NCBI GenBank assembly: GCA_964252035.1
Contig: CAXUOO010000304.1
Length of the DNA stretch: 64,000 bases
DNA from: Podarcis erhardii
Lineage: Eukaryota
Strand: one strand, 5' to 3'
In this document: positions 1 through 13,139 of the stretch, piece after piece
Position numbering within the stretch: the stretch's first letter is position 1
Layout of the letters: every line of letters starts with the position of its first letter
Notes under the pieces: generated by a model
The model's input: the letters and a program-made list of their open reading frames with translations, nothing else
Database searches by the model: none
What the model was told of the DNA's origin: nothing
Program-made: the position numbers and the translations under genes

Positions 1-33
1 ATGCATCTTGTTCTAACATATACATATATATAT

Positions 34-211
34 ATATATGTATATAGCTCTGTGCGCGAATCTTGACTCAAAAAATACAGAGTTATGCATAGAGGTAGAA
101 AAGATTTCTGACCGCGGATATTTTTATATATGTATATAGCTCTGTGCACAAACCTTGACTTAATAAAGTAGAAGTATGCATAGAGTTAGGGAAAAAATCT
201 AACCGCGGACA
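34..211. repeat. Degenerate ~92-bp tandem duplication
   Basis: atatatgtatatagctctgtgc...tatgcatagag.tag...ccgcgga at ~34 and ~126. Confidence 0.8.
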
Positions 212-479
212 GTTGGTTACAATTATATACATATACCTCTATATATATATATATTTTATACATAAATCTTTGGTACAACACGTATCAGTATATGTCTACA
301 CAAATCTAAGTTTCCCATATTATATCCGTATCAAGGTGTGCTTCTGTACGCAGCTTTTTTCTATGCAAAGTACACTAGAGTCGACTTTTTCATACGTAAG
401 CAAATTAATTCAATAGAGTCAACTTTTTCATGCATATATATACATTCTCGTGTAGATGCATATAGGTGCTCGTGGGATT

Positions 480-1249
480 CAAACTGTAAACTAAAATCGT
501 TGTATACAAGACCACATACACCCGATTTCCTACTTGTATTGGATGTATAATGAAATCTTTCATTACGAGCGCAGGACGCTCTCTCCAAACGAAATTGCTA
601 CGCAGTGCTGCCGCTGCAGCCTTGAGATCTTCGATACAGCCATTCCATCCTTCTTTGTTTGTATTAATGAAAAGTATATCTGCTCCTGAAAATACAAGCA
701 GTCATGCATACGTCAAAAGTCTAGTACTTGCATCAAAAATTCAGGAGGTATAGATTATATTTGCACCGCAGTTGCCCAGCTTCAACTACACCAAGCAGCT
801 TTGTATCTTCCTTTACTACACATATACATATATATATATATATGTATCATCTCTTAATCCTCTATTTCTGTCACGTGTGCGTTTCCTGCCCACGTAATAC
901 TTCCCTAATGGTCTCTGCCAACTGAAACCGAGTAGATTGTGTTGGTCTTTCACACGTTATGACCCTCAATAAACGACGGATCTTTCACTCCTTCACCTTC
1001 GCATATTCCTGGTACATGCATTGATGTAGATTGATGTATGTGTGTAAAGAGATGTAAATGAACAACAAAGCTGTTTACCAAAATTACAATTTTCTCTCAT
1101 TATTTCGACGTTTTTGTCAGCAGACAAAGCACATCTTGCCTCCCCCTTGTCTCTGTGTGAAGCGTTCAAAATTTCAAACAGGTAGTCTTCAGCCCTGTTG
1201 CTAACGTTACTATACATTATGATATGTCTGATTATATCAGTAAAGTGTA

Positions 1250-1281
<32 letters not shown>

Positions 1282-1675
1282 AGCTCGTCTTCTTTTGATT
1301 AGAATACACATATAGTTGGTGGGGGTGCGACTTCTTTATTTCTTCTCTCATTTCGTTCAAAAACAAAAATGCTTCTAAAATTCCGTTTTTGTACTCGGCG
1401 CGCCTCCTGCAAACATGCTATTTTTTCCACTTAATCATTGGAGAAAGCCTCATATGGTACCGTGCCGTAAACTGATTCCATAGTAATCTGTTCAACTTCA
1501 AGTGTCTTGGAATTTTCGAAGAATAGTGCGCCCAGACGTTCTTTCCCACAAACAATGAGAACTGTACAAAACATCTTTCTTGCTCTCTAAACATGTGTAA
1601 AGATGTAAAATTAGCATGCCTCGTTCCTCCCCCCAGATACACACCTCTGGATGACCGAAGAACCGACGTGAGTAC

Positions 1676-1713
<38 letters not shown>

Positions 1714-2960
1714 CTCACGTTCGACTCTCTACTTTGGATAAGTATATCCACTCGCACATCTTGCCTTGAAAATCTCCCATGCTATAAAACCTCGACAGAG
1801 ATATACTCATATATAGATGTGTATTCCTTGTCCGATAACCGAGACAGCAGTTGGTAAACCTAGCTTCAGCATACATACGTAGTACGAACATATATATCTC
1901 TCTCCAGAAATGTAAGTACAGCTTTCTATGGGCAACAGTAGGAAACAAAGACCTCCAGCAGAAAAAAGAGGCAAAGTCGAAAAGTCACCCAAACGACTGT
2001 CCATAGCTTCGCCAGAAAAGTTGAAGAAATTAACTAGCGACAACGCCATCTATAGACGCGAAGTTGCAACTCATAAACGATAGAAACAGTTGCGCACCAC
2101 CTTCTGTCAGTCGCTTGTCTGGTTTCGATGGTCTTGCTCCTACTGCTGTAGTTTTACATATATCAAAGAGATAGAGAGAGGGAGATGTTGGGACGATATT
2201 TGCCGCATTTATTAGATGATTTGCATATCGTTCTTGTTGTCGCTGCTTGAAAAAGAGCGGTGACGAAAACATAGAAAACAGATCTGCTGTAAACTTGAGA
2301 GGACGCCTACTGAACTAGCTACTAAACACACTTATATTATATACCTGGCAAGAAAGCGAGAGACGCGAAGACAGAACGGGAGTTTCCTGTAGACATCCCT
2401 GTACATCCTAACCTTGCTGTTTCTGTTCTCTATAAATGTAAATCTTTGTAGAGAAGAGAGAGGAAATGGGACAATGGGTTACCGTGTGACAGTTGAAGAT
2501 TGATTCGGTGGTCTCTTGCTGCCTAACCTGCACGGGCGCAGTGAAGAGCCACAGTCCCAGCATCAGTGTAGGAAAGACGATTAGGATTTTCGTGTATCGA
2601 AGCGCTGCCACTTCGACGTTTTATATCGCATGCAACGCTCAATCTATGAATGTTGTCAATTTCAGCTGCAGCTGAGTGCAGCTGCTGCTGCAGATCCGTC
2701 TGCCACTCGTCCGACACCTGCTGCTGTTGCTTTTCTCTCTGCTTCTGCGGGTCCTGCATGGAAAGCTGCTCTCTCTGCAGCTGCAGAAGCTGTTGCTTTT
2801 GCGACAGCAGCTTATCTCGCATACTTGCATAGCGAGAAGCGTAGAGTTGCTGCATGTATTGCTGCTGCTGTTGTTGTGAGGCCTTCCCATGCAGACGCAT
2901 GCACTCAGCCAGTTTTGCGTTCGATCTGTGCTGTACATAGGCTTGCCGAAGAACCAAAGG
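480..2960 (-). pseudogene. Older decayed paralog of the same family (weaker)
   Basis: Fragments VGKNVWAHYSSKIP (1418..1642 ORF), ALSADK (~1,125-1,140; cf. VLSADK at ~19,450-19,465) and ALRSNFVWRERP (~575-610), with Q-rich low-complexity sequence at 2,700-2,900. Confidence 0.4.
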
Positions 2961-4121
2961 GTCGTGGATATCAGCGTGCTTTTCAACTAATTGTCTTACC
3001 TACAAATGACAACATACGATATGCATATATGCATACGTGTAAATATCCATAGTGTGTCTTTTCCAGCATGACATTCGCTTGACAAGTATGCAGATTCAGT
3101 AAGAGATACTTAAATATTCGCTTTGAATAGAAATTTCTCGCTCGATGTTTGACTTTTTACATGATAATGTACGTATATATGTTTTGTGGTATGTAGTGCG
3201 TATATGTCTGTGCACTTCGACATTAAAGTTATTGAAGAATGATCATACACATTTACAATTATGTAAATTTTTCTACCTTATCTACATGATATTATTTTGC
3301 TTTAATCGGTATATCAAACTGAGATCTAGTACTTCATTTTGTTCCATCAATCGAACTACCTTCACAATATTGACTACTTGTATATATATGTATACATATA
3401 TATGTATATATATTTGCACGCATGCACGTATGGACATTGAAGTATGATAAATTTGTATGCGAAAGGAGTGAATCTGCTAGCTTTTCGATTTATTTCGTTA
3501 CTTGAAGTTAGGGTTTATATGTTTATTGTGGTAGAGTGTTGACCGAAGCTAAGCAAGTGGAGCGTTTGTACACATGTGTATATGTGATACGTATGTTATA
3601 TATGTACACTCATAAGTTTGGTCTAATGCACGTAGGGGACGGTTTTTCAGATGCTGTTTCGGTTATAAAAACGGAACATGTATATTTACAAATGCTATTT
3701 GCTGAACCATTGACTTTCAAGTTTGTATATAGGTGAATATTTACATGAAGATACATATATATCTATTTACATATATATAGCTGTCTTCCCTCCAACAGTT
3801 TCTTCTATTGTTTCCGGACTCCAGAGGAGTCGACTGTGTCCGCAAGCTTCGGCACAAATTGATTAGCATGTTTTTTGTATCATAGGCATCGTATCACAAA
3901 GGGTCCATATATGGATGTTACAACCAGAGCCAAAGATACGTACACAAGTGAACTACGTAAACTTACACAGCAGCAGAAAACAGTTCATGTGTCTACAGGG
4001 TGCTTCAATAAAACAATTTTATCATACTCCAGAGAGGAATACCAGCTAATCAACACTCACATAAGCAAATGTATACAAATGTGTCTGTATGTATATATAT
4101 ATATATATATTTTAAAAATAA

Positions 4122-4225
4122 GTGTATAGATGTATCCAAATGTATTCATACTGTTTTATATATATATATATATAAATATTATAAAAATATGTGTATAGAT
4201 GTATCCAAATGTATTCATACTGTTT
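4122..4225. repeat. ~68-bp-period duplication around a (TA)n tract
   Basis: gtgtatagatgtatccaaatgtattcatactgttt occurs twice. Confidence 0.8.
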
Positions 4226-5586
4226 CCCGACTCAGTACATATATATACATACATACATAGATAGAAGTTTTAATAGAAGGGGTTATCTGTGGATTATAGC
4301 GTTTCGGGAAGACCCTTTCACCAACTTACAGGGAAAAGCACACAGAAAAAAAGGAAAACCATTTTCATCACTCTCTACACGTTCAAATACATGCTTGGCC
4401 ATCTACGCGAAAGAACGGCGCTGAATGCTTACAAAAAAAGATGATTTTGAAGAGACGTTGCACAGTTATGCTAGGACAATGTAGTTTCCTTAAAAGGTTT
4501 CTTACTAAAAAAACGTAAACGATCGTACACATGTGTAGAATTTTATATAAGTCTGTACTAATTCGCGCACATCAGCTGCAAAGCTTCTAGTACATATATG
4601 CGTATTTGTTGGTATAAGAGTATGTTAAATATGACTGATTTTGCTTTGACTCTAGCTGCGTACTTCTTAATGTTAGTTGAGATTTTGAGACACCCTCGAT
4701 TCAGTAAAATGATAACATAATTTCTGGAACTTTCCCAGTTAACAAATTTCTCTTTCCTGACCCAGCGTGTAACAGCACACGGAAAACGTGCACTTACTCT
4801 TATACCTTGATACATACACATATAGACCTTCACAGTAAATAGAATTTCTGTGTGCTACGTGAGGTGATTCTTGGAAACTTTATTCTATAATCTTCACGAC
4901 CAATGAACGCATAAGATGTGATTACAACCATATAGTCATTCGCCCACGTGAACCACGCACACATGAGAAAATTATCAGCTACTTGCACACACATATATCC
5001 GTATATATGTGTGTATATAATACGTACTTATTCTTTATCAACGTTTCTAACCGCTAGCTTCGTCCGAAAAACTGCAGAAGTATGATTATCATGGTGAATA
5101 CAGGGGACCCAAACACGTGTTTCCGCTAGCATTATCTGGATTGGTAAACCTACACACCTGCCTAGATACATGAGATGTACAGATAAGTCTACAAACTAGT
5201 TAGATCCACACGCATATACAGATAGACAGATTTAGATAAGTTGCTTGTCAGAAAAACATAGCGGAGCACGAGAAGAATGTTCCAGGTAGCCTGAGCATTC
5301 ATAAGTTTGAGAGTGCTGTTTGCACCTATACGCTATTGTGGCACATATTATATATACACATAATTAAATCTAATTGCACTCCGATGCTTGACCTGAGAGC
5401 GTGCCCCTTAAACCTATCACACAGTTTACATGAAGTATGTAATCTGAGGAGCTGCAGTATACTGCAACCAGATTTACCTGTAGTGTTTCGCAAATCCGTT
5501 TGTCAAGGACTGCGAAATTTTTGACGTATTCATTTGAAATCACTAAGGTAGACTGTACGTTCGTAAATATATCAGAACTCTCTCTC

Positions 5587-5632
<46 letters not shown>

Positions 5633-8600
5633 CACATATATATACATATATATATTTACACATGAATTTTCATAGCGTTAGCTCTCTCGAAAATGCGAAG
5701 AAGCAAATTAAGCGAGCTTCAGTAACCAATCTGCATTTTATTCCACAAAAAATTTACATAAAGACGCTTGCGCTTGCTTTCAACTGTCGACGTAGATGCG
5801 TATATACATCCCTAAAAACACAAACATTAACATAGCAACGCCCGCAAAGCATTTGAAGTTATGAGTTAGACATTTGAATTACCTGTAACACTTACTTAGC
5901 CCAAACGTGTAACATGTACTCTTGTGTACTCAGAAGGAATATTTATATGTACAGGCACATAGAACATATATTTATATATATATATATATATATTCAGAGT
6001 TTTTGCATGATATAGACTAATTGTGAGATGTGCATACCTCGTACTGTTTGGCTTCCAGAAGTCGCTTGAGTCGGTCGAAAGCTTCATACGGCAATCGGTG
6101 ATCACGTGGACTCTTCCCGGCTACCCTGGCTGCTGATGCTGCTGTGTTTGATACAGCTTTTGAAGCAACAAAGGTACAGTTCTTCCAGTCGGACCGGCAT
6201 GAAGTCATTCTATTTGAAGCATGACACAATTCACGAGGTTGCTGCCGTACTTGTAGCTCCAAAATGCATTTCTGTGTTTCAGCAGCAGCAGCAGCGGCAA
6301 GAGCCAGTGTAGCACAATGCATGCTGGAGATAGCAGCAGCAGCTGTAGCAGCAGTAACAAATGCAGCACAGCAGTCGCTGAAAGCAGTAGAAACAAGAGA
6401 GGTGGCAGGTGCAGCGTGAAACTGACCGCTGAAAACAACAGCAGAGAAAGCACTAGCAACAGGTCTGTCTGCAGCAACAGAAGCCTCTGCAGCAGCAGCA
6501 CCATTGAGAAATAAAAAGCACAATGCAGGACGGATAGAACACGGCGGTGCTGCGGCTTTCCGACGACCCTGCTTGTTCACATGATTTTTCGAGGTAGCCA
6601 GTAGAAGTCGCTGAAGCTGCTGAAGCAGCAACATTAGCAGACGATGCATCTCCCTATGACTGGCAATGCAAGGTGTTGCGAGCGTAGGCGATTCAGAAAT
6701 GCATAAGGCGGCAGAGTTCCGCATTTTGAAAAATTTACCATTCAGTTGGCACTTTCAGTTGCTGTCGCTGCTACTGTTGTCGCCGATGAAACTGATTTTG
6801 GTGCTGTCGCTGCTTCTGCTGCGTGTGAGAGTACCGTTTCATTTGATTGTGGGAGCTGAGCTCTAGGTCAGTTATTATTATGAGGCTGAAACCGAGGCAG
6901 CCGCAGCCTCCGCCGTGATGACGACTGCCGCTGTTACTGCTGTTGCGAGGGCGGCCATCGCTGCTGATACTGCTGCTGGTGTGGAGGAGACAACTGTAGG
7001 GGGAGCAAGAGGCGTTGCACCTTGAGGCTGCAGAGGCATCCCGCCCTATGTGGATGTGAGCAAAAATTTCTGCGTCGCTTTGTGATAACCCATTGTAGTG
7101 GTTCAAAAATTGGCTGGTTCTGTTGGCTGATGCTGAAGCTTGAACTACGTATCAGCAGATACTGTATGGAAAGAGACAAATTTGGATAATTACACAAGCA
7201 GTAGCAAGAGCAGAAATTACAGGAACTATGTAATTACAAGCTGAAGCAGTGACACTCGTTGCGTTCAGTGCTGTGCCATCTGCGTCGTTTGAAAGTAGTC
7301 TTCACTATGGAGCTTGCCCAAAATTGCTGCAGCCCTATTTCCAGTTACCACTGCTGCTAAGTTTGCTGACATTGAAGCTAAATCTTGTGGAACTGCTAGT
7401 CGTCCGCCTCGTCGGCTGCCGCTCTATTCACATCTGCTGCAGCTTCATGCTGTTACAAATTCCGATGTGTAACATGCTTTTACTTCGTCGTATTAGTCGA
7501 CACATTGCAATCTAATTAAAATTTTCAGTCGGATAGAGCTTATGAGAAAACGCAACGCGTGCTGTTGCCGCTTTGCGCAGTACTGTCTGTTTTTTGTCCT
7601 CCTGCTTGTGCTGCTGTTGCTGCTAAATCTAATCTGGCTTCGTGTGCACCGGTGCGTGCTATATGTTCTGCTGCATTGTCTGTTCTTGTTTATGTCGATG
7701 TTGCTGGTGCTTTGACGAGTGTTAGTACATGAATCATCACATGTAGATGCAAAGAAAAAAGTACATTCCTATGTGTAAATGTGTTCGTGTGTAAGTGTAT
7801 GAGTGTATATGCATAATAAAACTTACACGTGTATATATGTTCAAAATACATCTGCAACAAATGATAATGACAAAAAGCTGCACTACTGGCTGTATACGTA
7901 CAGTAAAAGAACTGAAAAGGTAGAGGTGAGCTATCTTTGAACTATGCGTGTCTGGACACCGGCAGGGAAGTGGTGACTCACGTGGATCTTGGTTATTATT
8001 TATCGTGGATTCTACTATATCCCTGAATTGTCGTGGAACGTGGCTGCTGCTTATGTGCACTAAAATTCTGTGGCTCCTTCTGCAACTGCCGTTGTGCTTA
8101 AATAGCGTGCAGAAAAGTTTTATCGTATCGGGACCGATTTCTTTTCCACCCCGTTACTGCTCGAGCTGATCCTGCGGCTATTTAATATCCAACTCGCTCT
8201 CCTGCGACTGCTGCGGGAACCGTTCCCTGTTGCTGCCAGTGTGAAATCCGATCTAATTTTTGTCGCTATTATTGGTGCAATCTTATCCACAGTACCTTTC
8301 ATGCGTACGAGCGCTTTGAGAGAATAAAGCGTTGCGGTTCGAGACACGTCAGAGTATTAACGCTTCTGCTTATTTTTTGTCGAGAATTTACTCAGCAAAT
8401 AAAAGCGGGTCAGCGCCACAGCTATCAATTTACTTTCGGGGACTTCTGGAAAGAAAGGTCAAAAACGATTTGCTGTGGGGCTTACAGCACCACAATCAGC
8501 ATTAGGAGAAACACTTTTATTACGTGCGTCGTTCGAAGAAGCCTATCGAGAAATTTCTCTCCAAAAGCGCCAACGGTAAAGTTCCAATATCGTGGAACAT

Positions 8601-9399
8601 TAGGAAAAGTGTAAGTTTTTGCAAAGGACATATTTTAAAGGGTAAGTCGAAGACGTGGATTTAACGGGAAGAGCGCAAACGAAGTACTATAGCCACGATA
8701 GGCCGTTCATAAACCTGCAGAAAAGTTCGGTGTCACAATATATAATCATCAAAGTAGTGGCTAGTCTATAAAACCCATCTCAACTATCAAAAACAGTTCT
8801 CACAGCCGCCTACGGCGGGGCTGATTGTTGTTGTTGCGGCGGCTGCACACAAGCGGGCTGCAGTGAGATTAGAACAATTACATGTGAAAGGGGGCTGTAT
8901 TTCGCCTAGAATTATGAGGTGCAGCTCAGAAAAAAAAAATAAAATTCTCGTACACTTGGACTGTGTGCTGCAGCAATGTTAGCGCTAAGCCTTGCCCCGT
9001 CAGCGCCGATGCGGCAGCAGCTATATAAGCTACTGCTGTGTCAGCTGCTCTTTCTGGTAATGCCGAGAAAAGTTCTTTACCTTAAAATGCATGTGACCGA
9101 TCATAGGGATCCAGCGACGCCAACTACAAAGCGAAGTAGAACGCCGCATCTTTTCCATCTAACACAACAAGATGCTTTTTGTCGCAGTCGCACTTTCTGC
9201 ATTAACAACTCATGCGTTACTCCCTTCAAAGTGTTCAACCCACCTTCTTTACAAAGCTTTCTGGAAATTTTTATAGTTATCGTCATATTTCGCTGCTAGC
9301 AGGGTTGCGCCCAATTCATAAACATGGCGAAAACTCGAATCTGTGTATGGACTCCCGCATATATCAAGCACTATAAATATATTGGCAGGATATCCTGCA

Positions 9400-12300
9400 T
9401 TCTACTGACTGGCTTTACTGCTGTACGGTATAGCTGTGCAAGCCCAAGCTATCAACCTGGGCGTATAAGGACAGAGCAGGAGCCACATCCATTCCAGAAT
9501 TTCCGAGATATCATTGATTTGGCAAACGCAATATATGTCGTCATATTCTCCATCATTGCATACCTTTGGTTTACTCGACGAGGGTCCCGAAACAATAGGG
9601 AAGCCGCTACTTGTCGTCTCTTATTGGAGGACCACATTGACTTAGACTGACCGATCATTACAATTTCGGGCTTGCACTGGGAACTGGCTTTGCATAAGGA
9701 GAGGCGATGCTTGATCACTGCCTCATGCTGGATCACAAACTTTTTGTGATGTAGACTGGGCGTGACTGGCACAGTTTGTATGACAGTTTTTAAAAATATG
9801 TACAGTGCTTTTCTATGTCACGTCAAGGTTCTTGTGCATGTGCCCCTCTCTTTCAAGCAGCTGCTCTTTTTCATGGTGTGATTTTCTGTATGTATTTTGT
9901 GTATTTTCCTAGTTTATGTCTTTTCTGTTGCCACTCTTTCACTTTCTATTGGCTCACAAGCATGTGCATATCCATATTCGCTCAGATAAGTATGTGCGTT
10001 TACGATGCTGTAATAACTTCCTTTTATGGTATAAGGCATCATTCGCAGACATTAATTCTTTGTAGATAGGCTTGTAAAAACGATCAGTTTGTTGATAACA
10101 AATCTAAGCGCGCAGCGTGGCGTGAATATTGTTTTTTTGCGAAACTGCTATGAAGAATTTACATTATTGCTAGTTGACGAATGGTGACTGCAGCTCTTTG
10201 GCGTGTTGCCAGTATACGGTCGCAATCAGAATTACTGCTGGGAAGTTGTTGATCGAGATAAAAAAAAACGAATGCTTTTCTGGTGTATTAGATAGATTGA
10301 AGTAGCAATATCTGCACTGAATCCGAACTCATTTCAATCGTACAAGTCGGCCTCACTAACCCTAGCTTTGGTAGAGCTAATGGTTTGCTATTTCCAGAAT
10401 TCCGATCTAGAAGTGAAGGACAGGCATTGCCTCTTCCCATTGATAGGCTGCGTAATAGAAGATACTGTTCTGAAGGACAGGCATTGCCTCTCCCCATTGA
10501 TAGGCCGCGTAATAGAAGAGACTGTTCTGCTTAAGCTGAACTGTCAAAACATTATAAACTAATTGACATATTATGAGCGACAAGGTCCTGGTTGAGAAAT
10601 GCGAACTAAGTGCTTTGCTATTGGTACTACATGCTAGAGCGACAAAGTATTGATTGCGAGACAAATCATGCTTATGAGGGTATAGTCTCCCTCGTTTATA
10701 ATCTGTCGTACAAGGACACATATGAGGGAAAAAATATAATCTGATAAATAATCGTTATCTTTCTGCCAACCTTTGAATCGTTGATGGCTGGCACCTGCTG
10801 TAAGTATCCAGTCACCACCTTCTTCCGAGTCTCTCGAACGGGTGAAGGAAATTTAATTGAAGTGACCAACGCTGAGCCTTGCAGCTTTTGTACCACAAGC
10901 AGGAGCAAATTTAAAGCGCGCGAAATCATATGCTTGAGAAATTTGATAATGCAATGCAATATGGTTGCGCTCTAATGGACAAAGTTTCGAAGCAGCTCAG
11001 GAACTGCCATGTTCAACTCTTCACTATGAGCTCAATCGAGTAGAGAGAAATTCCGTATGTTATCACTCTTCGCCCCATTCGTACTCGACCAGCTGCGGCA
11101 ATGCCGCTCTTGAAATGTGCCACGCAAACACAATAAAACCAAAAGGCTCGGCCGTGAATTTTTCACCATGCTCTCTGCGTTGACAAGGGACCGAACGCTG
11201 AAGTACATTATTGGTTTAGACTAACATGCCGTAGTACGCAAGAAAAACGGGATCTCGCTCAGCAGCCAGGTGCATAACTTGAATTTCTGTCTCCGTCTAC
11301 TACCAACCCCAGCGATCAGCTTCCACTGCAAATTTCCTCGTATCTCATCATTGATAACAATGCAGCTTCGGTAGAACCCGCCTGCCCATTTGTACACTGC
11401 CAGGAACAAGTGGCACTAGTTGAAAATAAAACCTGTATAATGCTATACATATGTTTCCGCTTTACTGTAGATCTAGAGTTGGGCCTCGAGCATTGGCGCG
11501 TAAGATGCGTATCGATATTTACATTAGTAGCGTTTTATCCGACGTCCATACACTGCTAGAACTCTGTGAATGCAGCCTTATTTGGGCAATCGAACCCTGG
11601 AGACAGATACGTATAAACGTTTGTACCGGTTGAACATGCGGTAGAGTTTTACCTCATGGGTCAAAATGAAATTTTGTCTCTATTCAAGCCCCCACATAGA
11701 GAGTTCTGCTTTGCACTGTAGCACCCTGTCAACAGAGTCAAAAACCCTACACGTTAATTCTAAATGTCTGACATCTATACTCTTCTGTTTGAAAAACGTA
11801 ATTTTTCTTATGCGTCGCTCCAGTATCCGCTGTTTCGCCGGGATATTATTTCTTGTAAAAGAGCTGCATTGCATACGTATGCATACGTATGAATATCATA
11901 GAAGCCGTGATTTGCCCAGTATCATTTAGATGGATTATTTTGTATAAAAAAATAAAAAATATCTCTTATCGAATTTTTTTAAAAATTGCTCAGGTAGGAC
12001 GTACAGTTAACATGAACGCGAAAGGATTCTTGACCTCGGTGCATGGGGTTTCGTCTGTATATTGCTTGTTGTAGTACACGAGTAGTAAACGTGAACTCCA
12101 GTATTTCGGCTGAAAAAATTTTTTTCAAACGTTATAGCTACCGCCTGTTCCGAGACAAAGACATTCATTGTCGCATTTCATGACGGGCCAGTAAAACCCA
12201 CTATAGTTTTTCTCGAAGCAAAAGCTGTAACCCAACCATAGTGTGGACGAGAATGAATTCGCATTTTTGTGATCACGCTAAAGAATCTGGTGTGTTCTGG

Positions 12301-13100
12301 ATCAGAAGTCATGACGTAACATTGTACACCTGCTTGTTTTCAAGAACCGCTTACAACATTGAAGAGCGCTCAGAACTACGATAACTTCATACAAAAAAAG
12401 TATTTTCATCCAAGGCCAGCGTGCAAGGACAAAGTAAGCGATGCGCAGCTTGATATATTTACTCGACCGTGTCTGTATTGTTATTCTGTAATATGGAGAT
12501 GCTGTTCCTAAATAGGAGCAATTAGAACAGCAGCATGAAAAGATTCATAGAGAATATTCTGGTTTCGTTAGCGTTGACCTCAAGAAAAGAGCATGAAGGG
12601 GGAGGGCCAAAGTTCGGAATACTCAGGCTCTCTGATGAGCCGAGCTTACCACTTTTTAGTTAAATTTGCGTGGTCTACAAGCGAAAAAATCGATTGTACT
12701 GTCGACAAATGTGGTAGTCAAATAATTCAAGCCATTTGGGCAAGGACCGGCGCACTAAATCTTTTACGAATTTCTTCTAGTACATGACCTTGTTCTACCC
12801 TTTATCGACAAGAACATGCTCCGCGTTAACTCAGCATGAAGAACAGATCTATTCCCAAAGGGGAATACTGTATATCAATCAACGTGGAATCTATTTGTGT
12901 ACCCCATATTTTTGCAATTGAGCGTTGGGTTGGCAGCGTAATCCAGCTATCAAAAGAACTGGAGGCTATGTTGGCCAGCATTAATTTAAGAACTGATTAC
13001 ATCGCAAAGCATTTCTCTCCCACGTAGGTGCGCGCCCCTGCGACGTTTCTACCAGCGACACTTTTGCTGGGGTGGCGTTAGGCAAATTGGTGAACGGTCC
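9400..13100 (-). pseudogene. Older decayed paralog of the same family
   Basis: Minus-strand fragments LLFRDP...WR.YDD (~9,540-9,620), LLVVQKLQGSALVTSIKFPSPV (~10,830-10,900; cf. LIYLVHKASTANTAIPALAPMPV at ~20,150-20,230), LAVYKWAG (~11,390) and QYRHGRVNIS...GLG*KYFF (~12,380-12,480). Confidence 0.5.
10414..10527. repeat. 57-bp tandem duplication (2 copies, frame-preserving, 19 codons)
   Basis: tgaaggacaggcattgcctct(t/c)cccattgataggc(t/c)gcgtaatagaaga(t/g)actgttc at 10414 and 10471. Confidence 0.95.
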
Positions 13101-13139
13101 GTAAGATACAGTAGTCCCCCCAGTTTGTTGATTGAGAGG

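Noticed and set aside
550-753. Plus-strand ORF MKSFITSAGRSLQTKLLRS... resembling a mitochondrial targeting peptide
   Set aside because: No credible downstream exons; the opposite strand carries a family-like fragment (ALRSNFVWRERP).
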